Below are positions 44,633-54,583 of a DNA stretch of 64,000 nucleotides, piece by piece. The translations under genes and the position numbers were made by a program. The DNA is from a virus. Numbering within the stretch: the first letter of the stretch is position 1; every line of letters starts with the position of its first letter. The stretch lies in the IMG/VR virus record IMGVR_UViG_3300031521_000001; one strand, given 5' to 3'. The notes beneath the pieces are model-generated. The model had not been told where the DNA came from. It saw nothing but the letters and a program-made list of their open reading frames with translations, and did no database searches.

Positions 44633-45124
44633 TTAAAATTTTGTTGTCCATTTTGGATTAGGTAAATAATTAACCTCTTCATATTTTTTTAATAGTTTAT
44701 AAAGTGGTTCCCAATCTGAATCTGGAAAAAACGCTGCCTTATCATCCAGGATCACGTTGAAATACATCTTCTTATCATAGAATCCGAAATTTCCATTATT
44801 AGATGATATGTTTGGATTTTCATTTATATTATCAAAATGTATAAAATTATTATCAAACTCTTTTATATAATTACTAATTTCATTTTGATATGATGATGTC
44901 CACATTATTATATGAATATCATTTCTATTAGTTAATATTTGAAGTACTTCTTTTGCGAAAGGATAGAACTCAATAGTTTTATCATTCAAGTTATAACTTG
45001 GTTTAATTACAGTTGAATGCAAATCTATAACCCAATAAGTTGTATACCATTCTTTTTTAAAAGAATTGGTAAACACCTTATCAATGTATTTAGTCATGGA
45101 TGTCGTTAATAATTCTTCAAACAT
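44633..45124 (-). CDS. possible HAD-like hydrolase/5'-nucleotidase with a variant motif I (DLHST)
   Basis: VIDLHSTV, IIMWTSS, VILDDKA resemble HAD motifs I, II and IV. Confidence 0.35.
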   Translation of the reverse strand: MFEELLTTSMTKYIDKVFTNSFKKEWYTTYWVIDLHSTVIKPSYNLNDKTIEFYPFAKEVLQILTNRNDIHIIMWTSSYQNEISNYIKEFDNNFIHFDNINENPNISSNNGNFGFYDKKMYFNVILDDKAAFFPDSDWEPLYKLLKKYEEVNYLPNPKWTTKF

Positions 45125-45127
45125 ATT

Positions 45128-45436
45128 TTACTTATTATCTATATCAAATTCCTTTTTCAACTCAAGATATCGTTCTAATCTATTTTGTTTCAACCTTTCG
45201 TCTGTTTTCACCTTTTCAATCATTCTTTGATTATATTGCTCATCAGTTTCTTCTATCATTCTACTAATTTCGACATCGAAATATCCATCATGTTCATATT
45301 TTGTTGTACACTCAGGTTCTATATATTCACAAATGATTATATCATCATCCTGAAATTGTATATGTTTCAATTCTTTCCAAGTAATATTATTATCAGAAGT
45401 TTTAGAAAAAATTATTTTTTTAATTTTCTTTTTCAT
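45128..45436 (-). CDS. hypothetical protein
   Basis: ORF. Confidence 0.6.
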   Translation of the reverse strand: MKKKIKKIIFSKTSDNNITWKELKHIQFQDDDIIICEYIEPECTTKYEHDGYFDVEISRMIEETDEQYNQRMIEKVKTDERLKQNRLERYLELKKEFDIDNK

Positions 45437-45440
45437 ATTA

Positions 45441-45848
45441 TTAGTCGAATGGTTCTATAATTTTCTTAATATATTTAACTGGTATATCAACTTCACAACA
45501 CAAATGATTTCTATTAGATGACATATCTTGGTTTGAGAAGTTATCATCATAAAAAGTTATACCATCTTTAATTAATTCTTGTGTATCAAGTGCAACTATA
45601 AATGAATCATCATAATACCTAAACATATCGCCAGTTGTATGTTTAATAGGATACGAAAAGAACAACATTCCTGTATCAACAATTGATTTGTGTTGTGGTT
45701 GGTTAATTTTTAGTCCTTCTTTTTCAATATTTTCTATTCTATCTTCAGTAGTTACATGGTATAAAACATCATATTTGCTAATATCATGCTGATTAAACTC
45801 TTTTTCATACGTTTCACCTGTAAAAGGTGATGTGAATTGTTTTTTCAT
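45441..45848 (-). CDS. hypothetical protein
   Basis: ORF. Confidence 0.65.
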   Translation of the reverse strand: MKKQFTSPFTGETYEKEFNQHDISKYDVLYHVTTEDRIENIEKEGLKINQPQHKSIVDTGMLFFSYPIKHTTGDMFRYYDDSFIVALDTQELIKDGITFYDDNFSNQDMSSNRNHLCCEVDIPVKYIKKIIEPFD

Positions 45849-45849
45849 A

Positions 45850-46068
45850 TTATTTAATTAAAGTACAATTATTACATTTTTCAATTAATTCTACTGTGTG
45901 AATTTCACTATTTTCAACAGAATAATAAAAAAATGTCCAGTTTTTCATTGCATATCCTATATTGAATGGCTCTGTAGTACCAAAATCCTTTATACATGAA
46001 GGAATGAATAAATATTTTAATTTATTTTTAAATTCTTCTCGACTTGTTACTATTTCAGTAGTATTCAT
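45850..46068 (-). CDS. hypothetical small protein
   Basis: ORF. Confidence 0.55.
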   Translation of the reverse strand: MNTTEIVTSREEFKNKLKYLFIPSCIKDFGTTEPFNIGYAMKNWTFFYYSVENSEIHTVELIEKCNNCTLIK

Positions 46069-46069
46069 A

Positions 46070-46372
46070 TTATTTCATCATTGTTTTTGCTTCAACTAAT
46101 TCTTTAATTATTTGTTCCATTTGAATGATGTTGTTACTGTGTAGTCCTGGTATTTTTTTATAAACATCATTAATTAAATTATCAAAATTTTCTGATTGAT
46201 ATATGAAATTATGAGTTGGAAACCATTTTTTGAGTACATCTTCTAATACATCACAACTTTCATCACCATCAAATGGTTCTTCCAATCCTAAAATAATATT
46301 ATTTTTATCATCAATAGCAATAACATTATCAGATATTGGTTGAAGTGTACCCCAATTATTATAATATGACAT
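46070..46372 (-). CDS. hypothetical protein
   Basis: ORF. Confidence 0.6.
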   Translation of the reverse strand: MSYYNNWGTLQPISDNVIAIDDKNNIILGLEEPFDGDESCDVLEDVLKKWFPTHNFIYQSENFDNLINDVYKKIPGLHSNNIIQMEQIIKELVEAKTMMK

Positions 46373-46508
46373 AAATCTTAATTCATATCTTTCATTGAAA
46401 ATTCTTTGACTTTCAAATTTAAATGGTAATCCAAGTGAACAATCATAAAACTCATCAGATGAATTATTTAGGAAATCTATAATTTAATTTCCATTAATTT
46501 TATCTAAA

Positions 46509-46868
46509 TTAATCATTATCTTCAATATAATAATCCAAATCTAAACCATTTTTATCACAATAATCTTCAAATTCTACTGAGTAATCAGTACCATATTTTT
46601 CAATTAATTCATTACAATTGTCTGGCATACCATCGCAAACACCAAAATAGCATACTTCTCCATCATATTTATCTGATGATACATATAAATTTCCACAAGG
46701 AACATTATTTTCTTTTGAGAATTTTTCAAAGAAATGTAAAACAATATTTATTGCCTCTTTACTATTTTTAATATGTTCTTTATAGAAAATATCAAGAGTG
46801 TCTATAATCATATAAAAATCTTTTGATTTTTCACTTGTAATAACTGGGTAATCTTTAAAATCTTTCAT
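46509..46868 (-). CDS. hypothetical acidic protein
   Basis: ORF. Confidence 0.65.
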   Translation of the reverse strand: MKDFKDYPVITSEKSKDFYMIIDTLDIFYKEHIKNSKEAINIVLHFFEKFSKENNVPCGNLYVSSDKYDGEVCYFGVCDGMPDNCNELIEKYGTDYSVEFEDYCDKNGLDLDYYIEDND

Positions 46869-46877
46869 TATTTTATT

Positions 46878-47052
46878 TTATTTTATTTTGTTTAATTGTT
46901 CTAATTTCTTTTTTCTTACATAATCCTCAATATCTTTCAGTTTCATATCACCAAGAACATTCCAACCATATTGCATAAATAAAAATTCTAGTTGTTTTGC
47001 TGTCCAATCTCCTGGATTATTCTTAATATTTTCAGAAAAAATTTAATATTCA
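46878..47052 (-). pseudogene. frameshifted remnant of an RK-KL-tail small gene (C-terminal ...DIEDYVRKKKLEQLNKIK in one frame; the ATG at 47052 opens a frame that stops after 6 codons)
   Basis: hand translation: the frame carrying the tail motif has no ATG for more than 32 aa, and the upstream ATG frame hits TGA at 47032-47034. Confidence 0.35.
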
Positions 47053-47056
47053 TGAT

Positions 47057-47239
47057 TTATTTTTTTATTTCAATGCAACCATGTCTTGTTCCTTTATAAC
47101 CAATCATAATTTCTAAGAATGGTGTAATCTGTAAAGAATAAATGCTTGATTTATTACTAAATTTAGTTATGCTCACTCCGATTACAAATGGAATTATTCT
47201 ATAAAATTTTGTATTAATAATACCTTTATAAGTTTTCAT
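47057..47239 (-). CDS. hypothetical small protein
   Basis: 60-aa ORF. Confidence 0.35.
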   Translation of the reverse strand: MKTYKGIINTKFYRIIPFVIGVSITKFSNKSSIYSLQITPFLEIMIGYKGTRHGCIEIKK

Positions 47240-47241
47240 TT

Positions 47242-47607
47242 TTATTTATTTTCATTTTTATATTCATTTAAAAATTCTTCAATATATTTTAATTCTATAC
47301 TTTCAAGAACACTATATATTGGATTATCATTTTCTTTACTAATTAAAGATTCATCTAAACATTCCAATTTCTTAATTCTTAAAAAAGATTCAATATTTTT
47401 AATACTCATACCTTTAAGTGATTTATTGATTATATCTATTTTAAACCTAAGGTTAGATAACTTACTTTGTATTTCTACACAATCATCATTGGCTATGCTC
47501 CAATATAAATTACCGCCCATCATATCTCGAATTTCAATGGCTTTATCCAAATTTTTCTGTCCTTCTTCTACTTTATCAAAGTTCAATAGTTCACTGAAAT
47601 TATGCAT
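47242..47607 (-). CDS. hypothetical protein
   Basis: ORF. Confidence 0.65.
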   Translation of the reverse strand: MHNFSELLNFDKVEEGQKNLDKAIEIRDMMGGNLYWSIANDDCVEIQSKLSNLRFKIDIINKSLKGMSIKNIESFLRIKKLECLDESLISKENDNPIYSVLESIELKYIEEFLNEYKNENK

Positions 47608-47610
47608 ATT

Positions 47611-47922
47611 TTAATAGTGTAAATTTTTAAATTCTAATTTTATACCATTCAATTTTTCAGAAATAAATTTATCTTTATTCCATAAAATTAAAAACTTCTT
47701 CCACTTTTTAGATAAATTATTATATTGTGTTTTTGTTAAATGTTTATTATGATCATCATAATTCATAATATTAAACCAATGTTTATTTATGACAATATTC
47801 ATTTCTACTGATTTTTCAATAATAAATTCAGCATAAAGTTCTTCTACATTATCAAAATTTACATCCCAAACACTTTCAATATAGCTATAATAATCTGAAT
47901 ATCTACTTGTTATACAAATCAT
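47611..47922 (-). CDS. hypothetical protein
   Basis: ORF. Confidence 0.65.
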   Translation of the reverse strand: MICITSRYSDYYSYIESVWDVNFDNVEELYAEFIIEKSVEMNIVINKHWFNIMNYDDHNKHLTKTQYNNLSKKWKKFLILWNKDKFISEKLNGIKLEFKNLHY

Positions 47923-47937
47923 ATTAAAATATTTTAA

Positions 47938-48555
47938 TTAGTGATATAAATTATTTTGATGTATGTATTTATCAACATCTAATGGTACAAAGATACTAAT
48001 ATCTTCTGAATTGGCAACATTATTTCTTATTTTTGTTGATGATAATGATGATATTTTAAAATCTTTAAGAAAAACAGTATCTTTATTTATAATTACATTA
48101 TCACTAAGTAATTCAGATTTTTTATATTCAAAACATTTTTCATTTGTTTCATTATCAAAATCTCTTGGTAAAACTAAAAAAGGATAGTTTTTACATATAA
48201 CTTTAAAATTTTTCCATTTATCTATATCTAGCCAAATATCTAATCCCATTATCATATAATAATTAGTATCTGGATTAGAATTACTTAGTGAAGTTAATGC
48301 ATTAATTGTATATGATGGCAAAGGTAAATACTGTTCAACGGTATTGACACTAATATTATCATAGTCTTCTACAGCTAATTTACACATATTACATCTATCC
48401 AAATAATCAGCCAAGTCATATTTGAAAGGATTTTGTGGTGATACTACTAATTGTACTTCGTCAATATAATTTAGCTTATATATATACTCAGCTATCTTAA
48501 CGTGTGTATTATGGCAAGGATTGTAGCTACCAAAAAAAAGTGCAACATTTTTCAT
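47938..48555 (-). CDS. nicotinate/nicotinamide mononucleotide adenylyltransferase (NadD/NMNAT family)
   Basis: FGSYNPCHNTH (GxFxPxHxxH nucleotidyltransferase motif) and C-terminal SSTKIRNNV (ISSTxIR motif). Confidence 0.75.
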   Translation of the reverse strand: MKNVALFFGSYNPCHNTHVKIAEYIYKLNYIDEVQLVVSPQNPFKYDLADYLDRCNMCKLAVEDYDNISVNTVEQYLPLPSYTINALTSLSNSNPDTNYYMIMGLDIWLDIDKWKNFKVICKNYPFLVLPRDFDNETNEKCFEYKKSELLSDNVIINKDTVFLKDFKISSLSSTKIRNNVANSEDISIFVPLDVDKYIHQNNLYH

Positions 48556-49058
48556 TTGAATATGTTATTGAGTTTTACTGAAATTTCATTATTTGTTGAT
48601 ACATAAAATTTATGTAAATCAACTAAATCATCAACAAAAATTTCCAAATCTGATTTGGTTGATAATTTTTTTTCTTTATTCTTACTATATACTAAAGAAA
48701 TATTATTAGAGCTAAAACTCATCAATCCAATATTTTCATGTTCATTTTTACAATCATCATCATATTTTCCACCACAAAATATAATATTCGATGCAAACCA
48801 ATTTAATGGATAATCTTCTCTATATTTCTCAGTGGAGTCTTTTAATGTCAAAGTAATATTAAAACTACTAACAATTGAATTATTGAGTATATTTTTAATA
48901 TCATCTAATACTAAAGTGTTAAATTTAACACAATCATAATCTCTAACTATATTTTCTCCATTTATACTAAAATGATATGTTGATTTATCATCAGAAAAAA
49001 TATTATGCATTAACAATTCTTCAAAAATTAGTATAATGAAATTTTTTATTTCTTCCAT
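48552..49058 (-). CDS. hypothetical protein, overlaps the start of the NMNAT gene
   Basis: ORF. Confidence 0.65.
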   Translation of the reverse strand: MEEIKNFIILIFEELLMHNIFSDDKSTYHFSINGENIVRDYDCVKFNTLVLDDIKNILNNSIVSSFNITLTLKDSTEKYREDYPLNWFASNIIFCGGKYDDDCKNEHENIGLMSFSSNNISLVYSKNKEKKLSTKSDLEIFVDDLVDLHKFYVSTNNEISVKLNNIFK

Positions 49059-49273
49059 GATATATTTTTATATTCACCTAAATAGTTATCAAATGCTGTC
49101 ATCCAAGCATATACATCTTCTTCATATGATGTATCTGGATCATAATAATCCAATTTGACTTTCATTGACATATCATCAGAAAAAATCAAATCATATTTAG
49201 CATTCCAGCTCAAGTCAGAATTTACAATTTCATGAGCTTCTATGTTTAAATCTATTAATTCACCTATTTTCAT
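49046..49273 (-). CDS. hypothetical small protein
   Basis: ORF. Confidence 0.55.
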   Translation of the reverse strand: MKIGELIDLNIEAHEIVNSDLSWNAKYDLIFSDDMSMKVKLDYYDPDTSYEEDVYAWMTAFDNYLGEYKNISWKK

Positions 49274-49278
49274 ATTGT

Positions 49279-49509
49279 TTATTTTAATTCAATTCTTATT
49301 TTATAATAACAATTTTCTAACCCAGCATTTTTCAGTGCGTTGTAAACTTTCATTGCTTCTTCTTCATGATTATATGAAGTAAAAACTTCAATTGCCACTT
49401 TAGCCTTACCTTCTAATTCTCCTCCTCTTATCCAAAGTTCACGTGGATTATTATTTAACACATTCAAATTATCATTCTTGTCGATGTAAAAACTTTCTGA
49501 ATTTGCCAT
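49279..49509 (-). CDS. hypothetical small protein
   Basis: ORF. Confidence 0.55.
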   Translation of the reverse strand: MANSESFYIDKNDNLNVLNNNPRELWIRGGELEGKAKVAIEVFTSYNHEEEAMKVYNALKNAGLENCYYKIRIELK

Positions 49510-49511
49510 GA

Positions 49512-49721
49512 TTATTTAATTTTTTTTATTGACAATATAATAAATACTATACCGCCTGAAAAAATCACAAAAGAAAAAATAAATGATATTATCGCTAAAT
49601 CTAATACACTAAAAGGTGATTTACCAACTAATGATAAAAGAAAAAAGAATAACCATGTTGTTAATATGGTATATTTCATTTCCAGCATAACTGAAAAATA
49701 TAGTTTTAAAAATTTTTTCAT
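49512..49721 (-). CDS. small two-TM membrane protein
   Basis: hydrophobic ORF. Confidence 0.5.
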   Translation of the reverse strand: MKKFLKLYFSVMLEMKYTILTTWLFFFLLSLVGKSPFSVLDLAIISFIFSFVIFSGGIVFIILSIKKIK

Positions 49722-49899
49722 GTTATTTAAGTTTTTTATAATTGTTATACGAAAAAATATTAATAATCAATAGTATAGGAAGAATAATTCCAGCAGCAAT
49801 AAGAATAGAAGATTGTCCTTTGTCACAAATATACAAAATAAAAATAGCAGACCAAATGAATACAGTTGATATAGAAATTCCAATTATGTCAGTTTTCAT

Positions 49900-50121
49900 T
49901 TATTTATAATTTACATTTTTAGTTTTTTTATTATATTTAGGTCTTGAATATTTATTCTTTTTTGCATCAGTAATCCAATATTGAAGAAAATGAAATAATC
50001 TTTCATTGTCAGATATTCCGCCATAATTAGCCAGTTGAAACCTAACTTCTCTACAAATATCTTCTGCAGATTTGTTTCTGCGTTGTTCACGTTTATTTAC
50101 AATTGATTTCATATTGAACAT
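49900..50121 (-). CDS. hypothetical small basic protein
   Basis: ORF. Confidence 0.5.
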   Translation of the reverse strand: MFNMKSIVNKREQRRNKSAEDICREVRFQLANYGGISDNERLFHFLQYWITDAKKNKYSRPKYNKKTKNVNYK

Positions 50122-50194
50122 TTTAATGTTATTAAATACAAAAGTAATAAATAAATATTACATTAAAACTAAATTATAATTTATTAACAGAAAA

Positions 50195-50581
50195 TTATAG
50201 ATTATTATACCATTTAATATTTTCAACTAACTGTTTCCAGGCATCATCTATTTCATAGCATGATACCTCATTATCTAATTTATCGCACAATTTTTCGTAT
50301 TCACTATAATATTGTATTACTAAAATATCTTTATCATTAATTACGTCCCATTTTTTACAAACAGGCATAAATAAATCCCATTTAGCATTAAAAAGTAGTG
50401 GATTATCTTCTCCATTATTATTTTCCAATGAATTTGCGATATTATCTAAATGTAATAATGCATCATCATAACCGTTACCCCATTCAGATTCTGATATAAT
50501 ATATAATTCTTTTTCTATATCATATGATATACCAATGAATTTTGAAATCAGTTTATTTCCTTCAATAATGTTTTTTTTCAT
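50195..50581 (-). CDS. hypothetical protein
   Basis: ORF. Confidence 0.65.
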   Translation of the reverse strand: MKKNIIEGNKLISKFIGISYDIEKELYIISESEWGNGYDDALLHLDNIANSLENNNGEDNPLLFNAKWDLFMPVCKKWDVINDKDILVIQYYSEYEKLCDKLDNEVSCYEIDDAWKQLVENIKWYNNL

Positions 50582-50584
50582 AAT

Positions 50585-50827
50585 TTAGTCTATTTCTTCA
50601 ATAGTTATTTTAACTTTTTTACCTATAAATTTATCAAAATCTTTATGCTCTAAGTTTTCATCCCAAGAGCACAATTTTATAAACATACCATTATCAGCAT
50701 TTTCATCCAAATCGATATGAAAACATTTGTAATGCATATCATCTTCAGTGTCCATCTCTTTTTCATTTAATTTATAATCAAAAGATACAAATGATTTTTC
50801 TTCTGTTGGTTTTTTTAATTCTTCCAT
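50585..50827 (-). CDS. hypothetical acidic small protein
   Basis: ORF. Confidence 0.55.
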   Translation of the reverse strand: MEELKKPTEEKSFVSFDYKLNEKEMDTEDDMHYKCFHIDLDENADNGMFIKLCSWDENLEHKDFDKFIGKKVKITIEEID

Positions 50828-51222
50828 TATTTATTTAATTTGTAAATTATTTCAATTTTATTGTAATCATCAATAATATAAAAATATCTATCATTTTTAT
50901 ATTCATAAATTGATAATGTATAAATATCATCTGTATAGAAGCTATCTAGACTTATATTATTACTATAATTTTCAAGTTTCTCATTTAAATAATAATAGAC
51001 AGTAGTATTATTTAATGCTAAAGTTATTTTTCTATTATCTTTGTCAATATACAATTGTCCATTTATCTTTTGCCAAGGTTGCCAATTATATAGAGAATAA
51101 CAATTTTCATATTTAACATTATTGACTCTTACTTTAACACTATCAATAATATATTTGTTGATAGGATATATATTTAAAAATATACCTGATACAAATATGA
51201 AAATTGTTATTATTCTTTTCAT
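50827..51222 (-). CDS. secreted or lipoprotein-like protein (N-terminal signal peptide)
   Basis: MKRIITIFIFVSGIFLNIYP. Confidence 0.6.
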   Translation of the reverse strand: MKRIITIFIFVSGIFLNIYPINKYIIDSVKVRVNNVKYENCYSLYNWQPWQKINGQLYIDKDNRKITLALNNTTVYYYLNEKLENYSNNISLDSFYTDDIYTLSIYEYKNDRYFYIIDDYNKIEIIYKLNK

Positions 51223-51407
51223 TTCTATAATTTATTTAACATTATCAATTGAATCTTCTTCTGTTTCATTATAAGATTCATTAATATCAACATCAGGTGT
51301 CAATACAGTTGATTCAGTTACTTCAGTTTCAGGAATTTCATGTTCTACATATGAATTGATTCCAATTTCATTTACCCCCACACAATACGTTGCTTTTTTC
51401 ATTTTAT

Positions 51408-51737
51408 TTAATTTATTTGTTTTTTCTTTTTAATATAAATAATACTATTTTTAATTTCTAATGCGTTTGATAAAGATGCAATAAAAAACAAAAAAGGTAA
51501 TATAAGCATAAGCCACAATGATTGAATCTTATTATTATCATTCAATAAAAAAATAAGAACATCATAAATTATACTCCAATAAATCATTTTTTTCCAATTA
51601 TTACATTTTTTCCATATTTCAAAATATGACAAATTTAAATAATTTTGACATAAGAGTTCATCTGTCAACTCTTTTTCCTTTTCTTTAATTGAATACAATT
51701 GATCTTGTAATTCTTCCTTTGTTAATTTGCTTTCCAT
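51408..51737 (-). CDS. membrane protein
   Basis: two hydrophobic segments. Confidence 0.55.
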   Translation of the reverse strand: MESKLTKEELQDQLYSIKEKEKELTDELLCQNYLNLSYFEIWKKCNNWKKMIYWSIIYDVLIFLLNDNNKIQSLWLMLILPFLFFIASLSNALEIKNSIIYIKKKKQIN

Positions 51738-51738
51738 T

Positions 51739-52125
51739 TTATTTTAATCTTTTTAATTTTTCAACCTCAGTATCTCTTATATAAATTCCGTTGACTTTTT
51801 TACCCAACATGAAATCAGAGAATTTTAATCCAGAATAACATTGCACAAGTCCGTCAAATTTAGCATCAAATGGATTAGTGAAATGTTTATCACAATGATA
51901 TGTAAAATCATGATTATCTTTTCCCCTTACTTTTGATATTTGATATCCACAAAATTTTTTAAAACTTCCATTTTTAAAATCCATTGAACAGTAGCTAGTA
52001 CAAATATAAATATTAAAGTTGTCATATAGCCATTTAATTATTGATTCAACTTCTAAATAACTTTCCAGTCCTTTTGGTTCATATCCTAAAATCTTGTATC
52101 TTTTTATTAATGTTTCATATTTCAT
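51739..52125 (-). CDS. hypothetical Cys/His-containing protein
   Basis: ORF. Confidence 0.6.
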   Translation of the reverse strand: MKYETLIKRYKILGYEPKGLESYLEVESIIKWLYDNFNIYICTSYCSMDFKNGSFKKFCGYQISKVRGKDNHDFTYHCDKHFTNPFDAKFDGLVQCYSGLKFSDFMLGKKVNGIYIRDTEVEKLKRLK

Positions 52126-52352
52126 TATTCTATATTTTTAATGTTGGTTTGTTTGACTTTTTCTTCTTTATTTAATATTGAATAACAAAAAACACAAGTC
52201 CAATATGTCAATAATGCTATGTTAAATAATAAAAATTTAATTTTAATCTCAACACCTAATACATAATAAGATATCATATCTATTAATAGATATGTTATTA
52301 CTAACATCAATAAATAATAGAATAATAACTTCATTTTTTTGACTATTTTCAT
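52125..52352 (-). CDS. small two-TM membrane protein
   Basis: hydrophobic ORF. Confidence 0.5.
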   Translation of the reverse strand: MKIVKKMKLLFYYLLMLVITYLLIDMISYYVLGVEIKIKFLLFNIALLTYWTCVFCYSILNKEEKVKQTNIKNIE

Positions 52353-52750
52353 TTTAGATACAATTTTAATAATGATTCACAAATATCTTTCCAGTTAATT
52401 GTTTTATCATTAAATATGCACATGACTTTTGTTTCATCATTAATAAATTCCATGGCATCATCATCATCATCAAGATGCCAAATAAATTCTGGATTATCTA
52501 AAAAAAATTTATATTTATCTTTCATATTAAGAAAATGAATATTGTTTTTATCAATGCCCAATTTATTTACAACTTCAAATAAATATTTATTATTATATGC
52601 ACATTTAGTAGTATCTTCAAATCTATCAGTAACAATATGAACTTCTATTCCTTTTTCGATTAAAGATTTAGCATATTCCTGAATATCAGTTTTTGATAAT
52701 GTACTATCGAAATCAAATGAAACTTTTAGTTTTTTAGTTTGACTGTTCAT
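52349..52750 (-). CDS. HAD-superfamily small phosphatase (5'(3')-deoxyribonucleotidase-like)
   Basis: motif I FDFDSTL (DxDxT), motif II HIVTD, motif IV HLDDDDD. Confidence 0.65.
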   Translation of the reverse strand: MNSQTKKLKVSFDFDSTLSKTDIQEYAKSLIEKGIEVHIVTDRFEDTTKCAYNNKYLFEVVNKLGIDKNNIHFLNMKDKYKFFLDNPEFIWHLDDDDDAMEFINDETKVMCIFNDKTINWKDICESLLKLYLK

Positions 52751-52955
52751 CAGTTTGATTATTAAAATTATCTTCAGTCTTGTCTTTGTCAGTTTTTATT
52801 AATGCGATTAAAATATATGGATATAATGTAACATTTATAAACATTAAGAATAAGATTCTGATTAATAATAAATCAACATTAAAATATTTCGACAATCCAG
52901 AGCAAACTCCACACACCATGCCATTTTTAGTATCTAAATAAAATTTTTCTTTCAT
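52734..52955 (-). CDS. small membrane protein
   Basis: hydrophobic ORF. Confidence 0.5.
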   Translation of the reverse strand: MKEKFYLDTKNGMVCGVCSGLSKYFNVDLLLIRILFLMFINVTLYPYILIALIKTDKDKTEDNFNNQTDEQSN

Positions 52956-53185
52956 ACTATTTTTTTGATATTATTTAATTTTTTTTTTCTATATTCAGTA
53001 TTAGTTATAAAACAATCCTCTGAATATGTAAACTCTGGATGTTCCTCAATATAAATATCATATCTTGTAAATCCTACTATATGATAATCTTTTAGAGTAT
53101 AAACTCTATCTACATACAATCTTGGTTTAGGATCATATGCACCTCTTTTATTCAATATACAAACAATCTTATCACCTGGTTTCAT
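52952..53185 (-). CDS. small protein with RK-KL tail (EYRKKKLNNIKKIV)
   Basis: ORF plus tail motif. Confidence 0.6.
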   Translation of the reverse strand: MKPGDKIVCILNKRGAYDPKPRLYVDRVYTLKDYHIVGFTRYDIYIEEHPEFTYSEDCFITNTEYRKKKLNNIKKIV

Positions 53186-53189
53186 AGGA

Positions 53190-53450
53190 TTAGTAAGATA
53201 TTTTATATTTTTCTAAAATTGGAATAGAATCAGGACGATTAATAGCTAACAAAGCTATATCATATTCTGTCTCGTGTTCACCATCTGTTAAATAACATCT
53301 ATATGTGTCATGAACGTCATCAACTTTAAGAATTAGATTGGCATCCACTTTTTCTGAATGTCCCCACATGTTTCCTAAGTTAACTTTACATGATACAGAA
53401 TAAACAGTTTTATATTTACTTTTAGTAAATAATTTTTTAAAAAAATTCAT
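53190..53450 (-). CDS. hypothetical small protein
   Basis: ORF. Confidence 0.55.
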   Translation of the reverse strand: MNFFKKLFTKSKYKTVYSVSCKVNLGNMWGHSEKVDANLILKVDDVHDTYRCYLTDGEHETEYDIALLAINRPDSIPILEKYKISY

Positions 53451-53498
53451 AATTGTATAGTTTTTTAATTAATTAGATATTTTTTATAAAATTTATAT

Positions 53499-53975
53499 TT
53501 AATTTAAGATTTCATATTTAGCATCTACATTATATGTAAAATCAGAAGGAGTATCCCACCAATGTTCAGTTTTAAATGGATATATCCGAATTTGTTGTTT
53601 TTCTATCCATTGAGGTCTGTTATATATAATTTCTTCTGTATATAACCAAACAGTTTTTGAAATATCTGTAATTGTTCTTGTCTTTTTATTTGTGGAAACT
53701 TCAAAATTAACATTCTCTATATCATTAACAAGTTTTACCATTGTTGGTGAATTGCCATGCACAACATTAAAATCTTTACTTAATAATTCTGATAATGATT
53801 CTCCAGGTAAATCGCATTTTGAACATCTCAAATATTTATCAGATAAATCTAATATTGCTTCAATTTCTGTTAAATATTCACCTTCTACTGTCAATTTCCA
53901 TGTTTGTAGTCTATATTTCATATTCTTAATTTTCATATTAATAATAAATCCATAATATAATGTACAAATATACAA
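53499..53975 (-). CDS. hypothetical protein
   Basis: ORF. Confidence 0.65.
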   Translation of the reverse strand: MYICTLYYGFIINMKIKNMKYRLQTWKLTVEGEYLTEIEAILDLSDKYLRCSKCDLPGESLSELLSKDFNVVHGNSPTMVKLVNDIENVNFEVSTNKKTRTITDISKTVWLYTEEIIYNRPQWIEKQQIRIYPFKTEHWWDTPSDFTYNVDAKYEILN

Positions 53976-54018
53976 CTATATTATGGATTAACCAAATAAA
54001 AAATCTAATATTTTAATA

Positions 54019-54297
54019 TTATTTCAAAGATTCAAAAAAATCTTTATCTTGATCGCAAACTTCCCATTTATTACATTTAGGACCGTCATAATCTACAAAT
54101 CTAGTTATCTTAGATTTTGTGTTTTTATCTAATAAGCATATTCCTGCAGATGCATAATAATTTTTAAAATTTTTACATGTACAGCAACAATCTAACATAA
54201 ATGTTCTCTCAAGAATAGCATCTTCTTCTGTGTATTCTTCTATTTTTTGATTTTCTATATCAAAAAAACTACTAAAATCTAATTCTTCTGTTTTCAT
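54019..54297 (-). CDS. Cys-rich hypothetical protein (CCCTC...C...C)
   Basis: ORF. Confidence 0.6.
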   Translation of the reverse strand: MKTEELDFSSFFDIENQKIEEYTEEDAILERTFMLDCCCTCKNFKNYYASAGICLLDKNTKSKITRFVDYDGPKCNKWEVCDQDKDFFESLK

Positions 54298-54489
54298 AAT
54301 TTAAAATTTATTATTCAGCATAATAACCGCCGTGTCTACCTATTTTCAAATATAAATATCCTAAAATTCTTAAATATCTATAACCTTGTAATGTATATAC
54401 AATTCTAACATCTGTATAGTCAGCAAATATAAATTTAAATAAAGTATTGTTTTTTTTGAGTATGAGTTTTCATATTTTTAATTTTGTAG

Positions 54490-54578
54490 GAAGAATGACT
54501 GGATTCGAACCAGTAATAATTTATAATTTTTTACAAATGCTTTTTTGGCTACTAGTTTACCGATTAACTTACATTCTT
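54490..54578 (-). tRNA. tRNA-like gene, 89 nt: perfect 7-bp acceptor stem, D-arm AGTT-AATCGGTAA-AACT, T-arm ACTGG-TTCGAAT-CCAGT. The anticodon region is about 15-20 nt too long (intron or long variable arm); anticodon unresolved
   Basis: reverse complement of 54490-54578 folds into acceptor, D and T arms with canonical GG and T-Psi-C-like motifs. Confidence 0.55.
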
Positions 54579-54583
54579 CTATT

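Noticed and set aside
46878-47052. A 58-aa intact RK-KL-tail gene starting at the ATG at 47052
   Set aside because: Careful codon-by-codon translation shows the ATG frame stops after 6 codons (TGA at 47032-47034). The tail-bearing frame lacks an ATG for most of its length. Reported instead as a frameshifted remnant.
45185-48187. Plus ORFs 45185..45460, 47426..47614, 47963..48187
   Set aside because: Antisense to the continuous minus-strand gene series (including NMNAT, with clear motifs). Low-complexity translations.
53692-53955. Plus ORF 53692..53955
   Set aside because: Antisense within 53499..53975.
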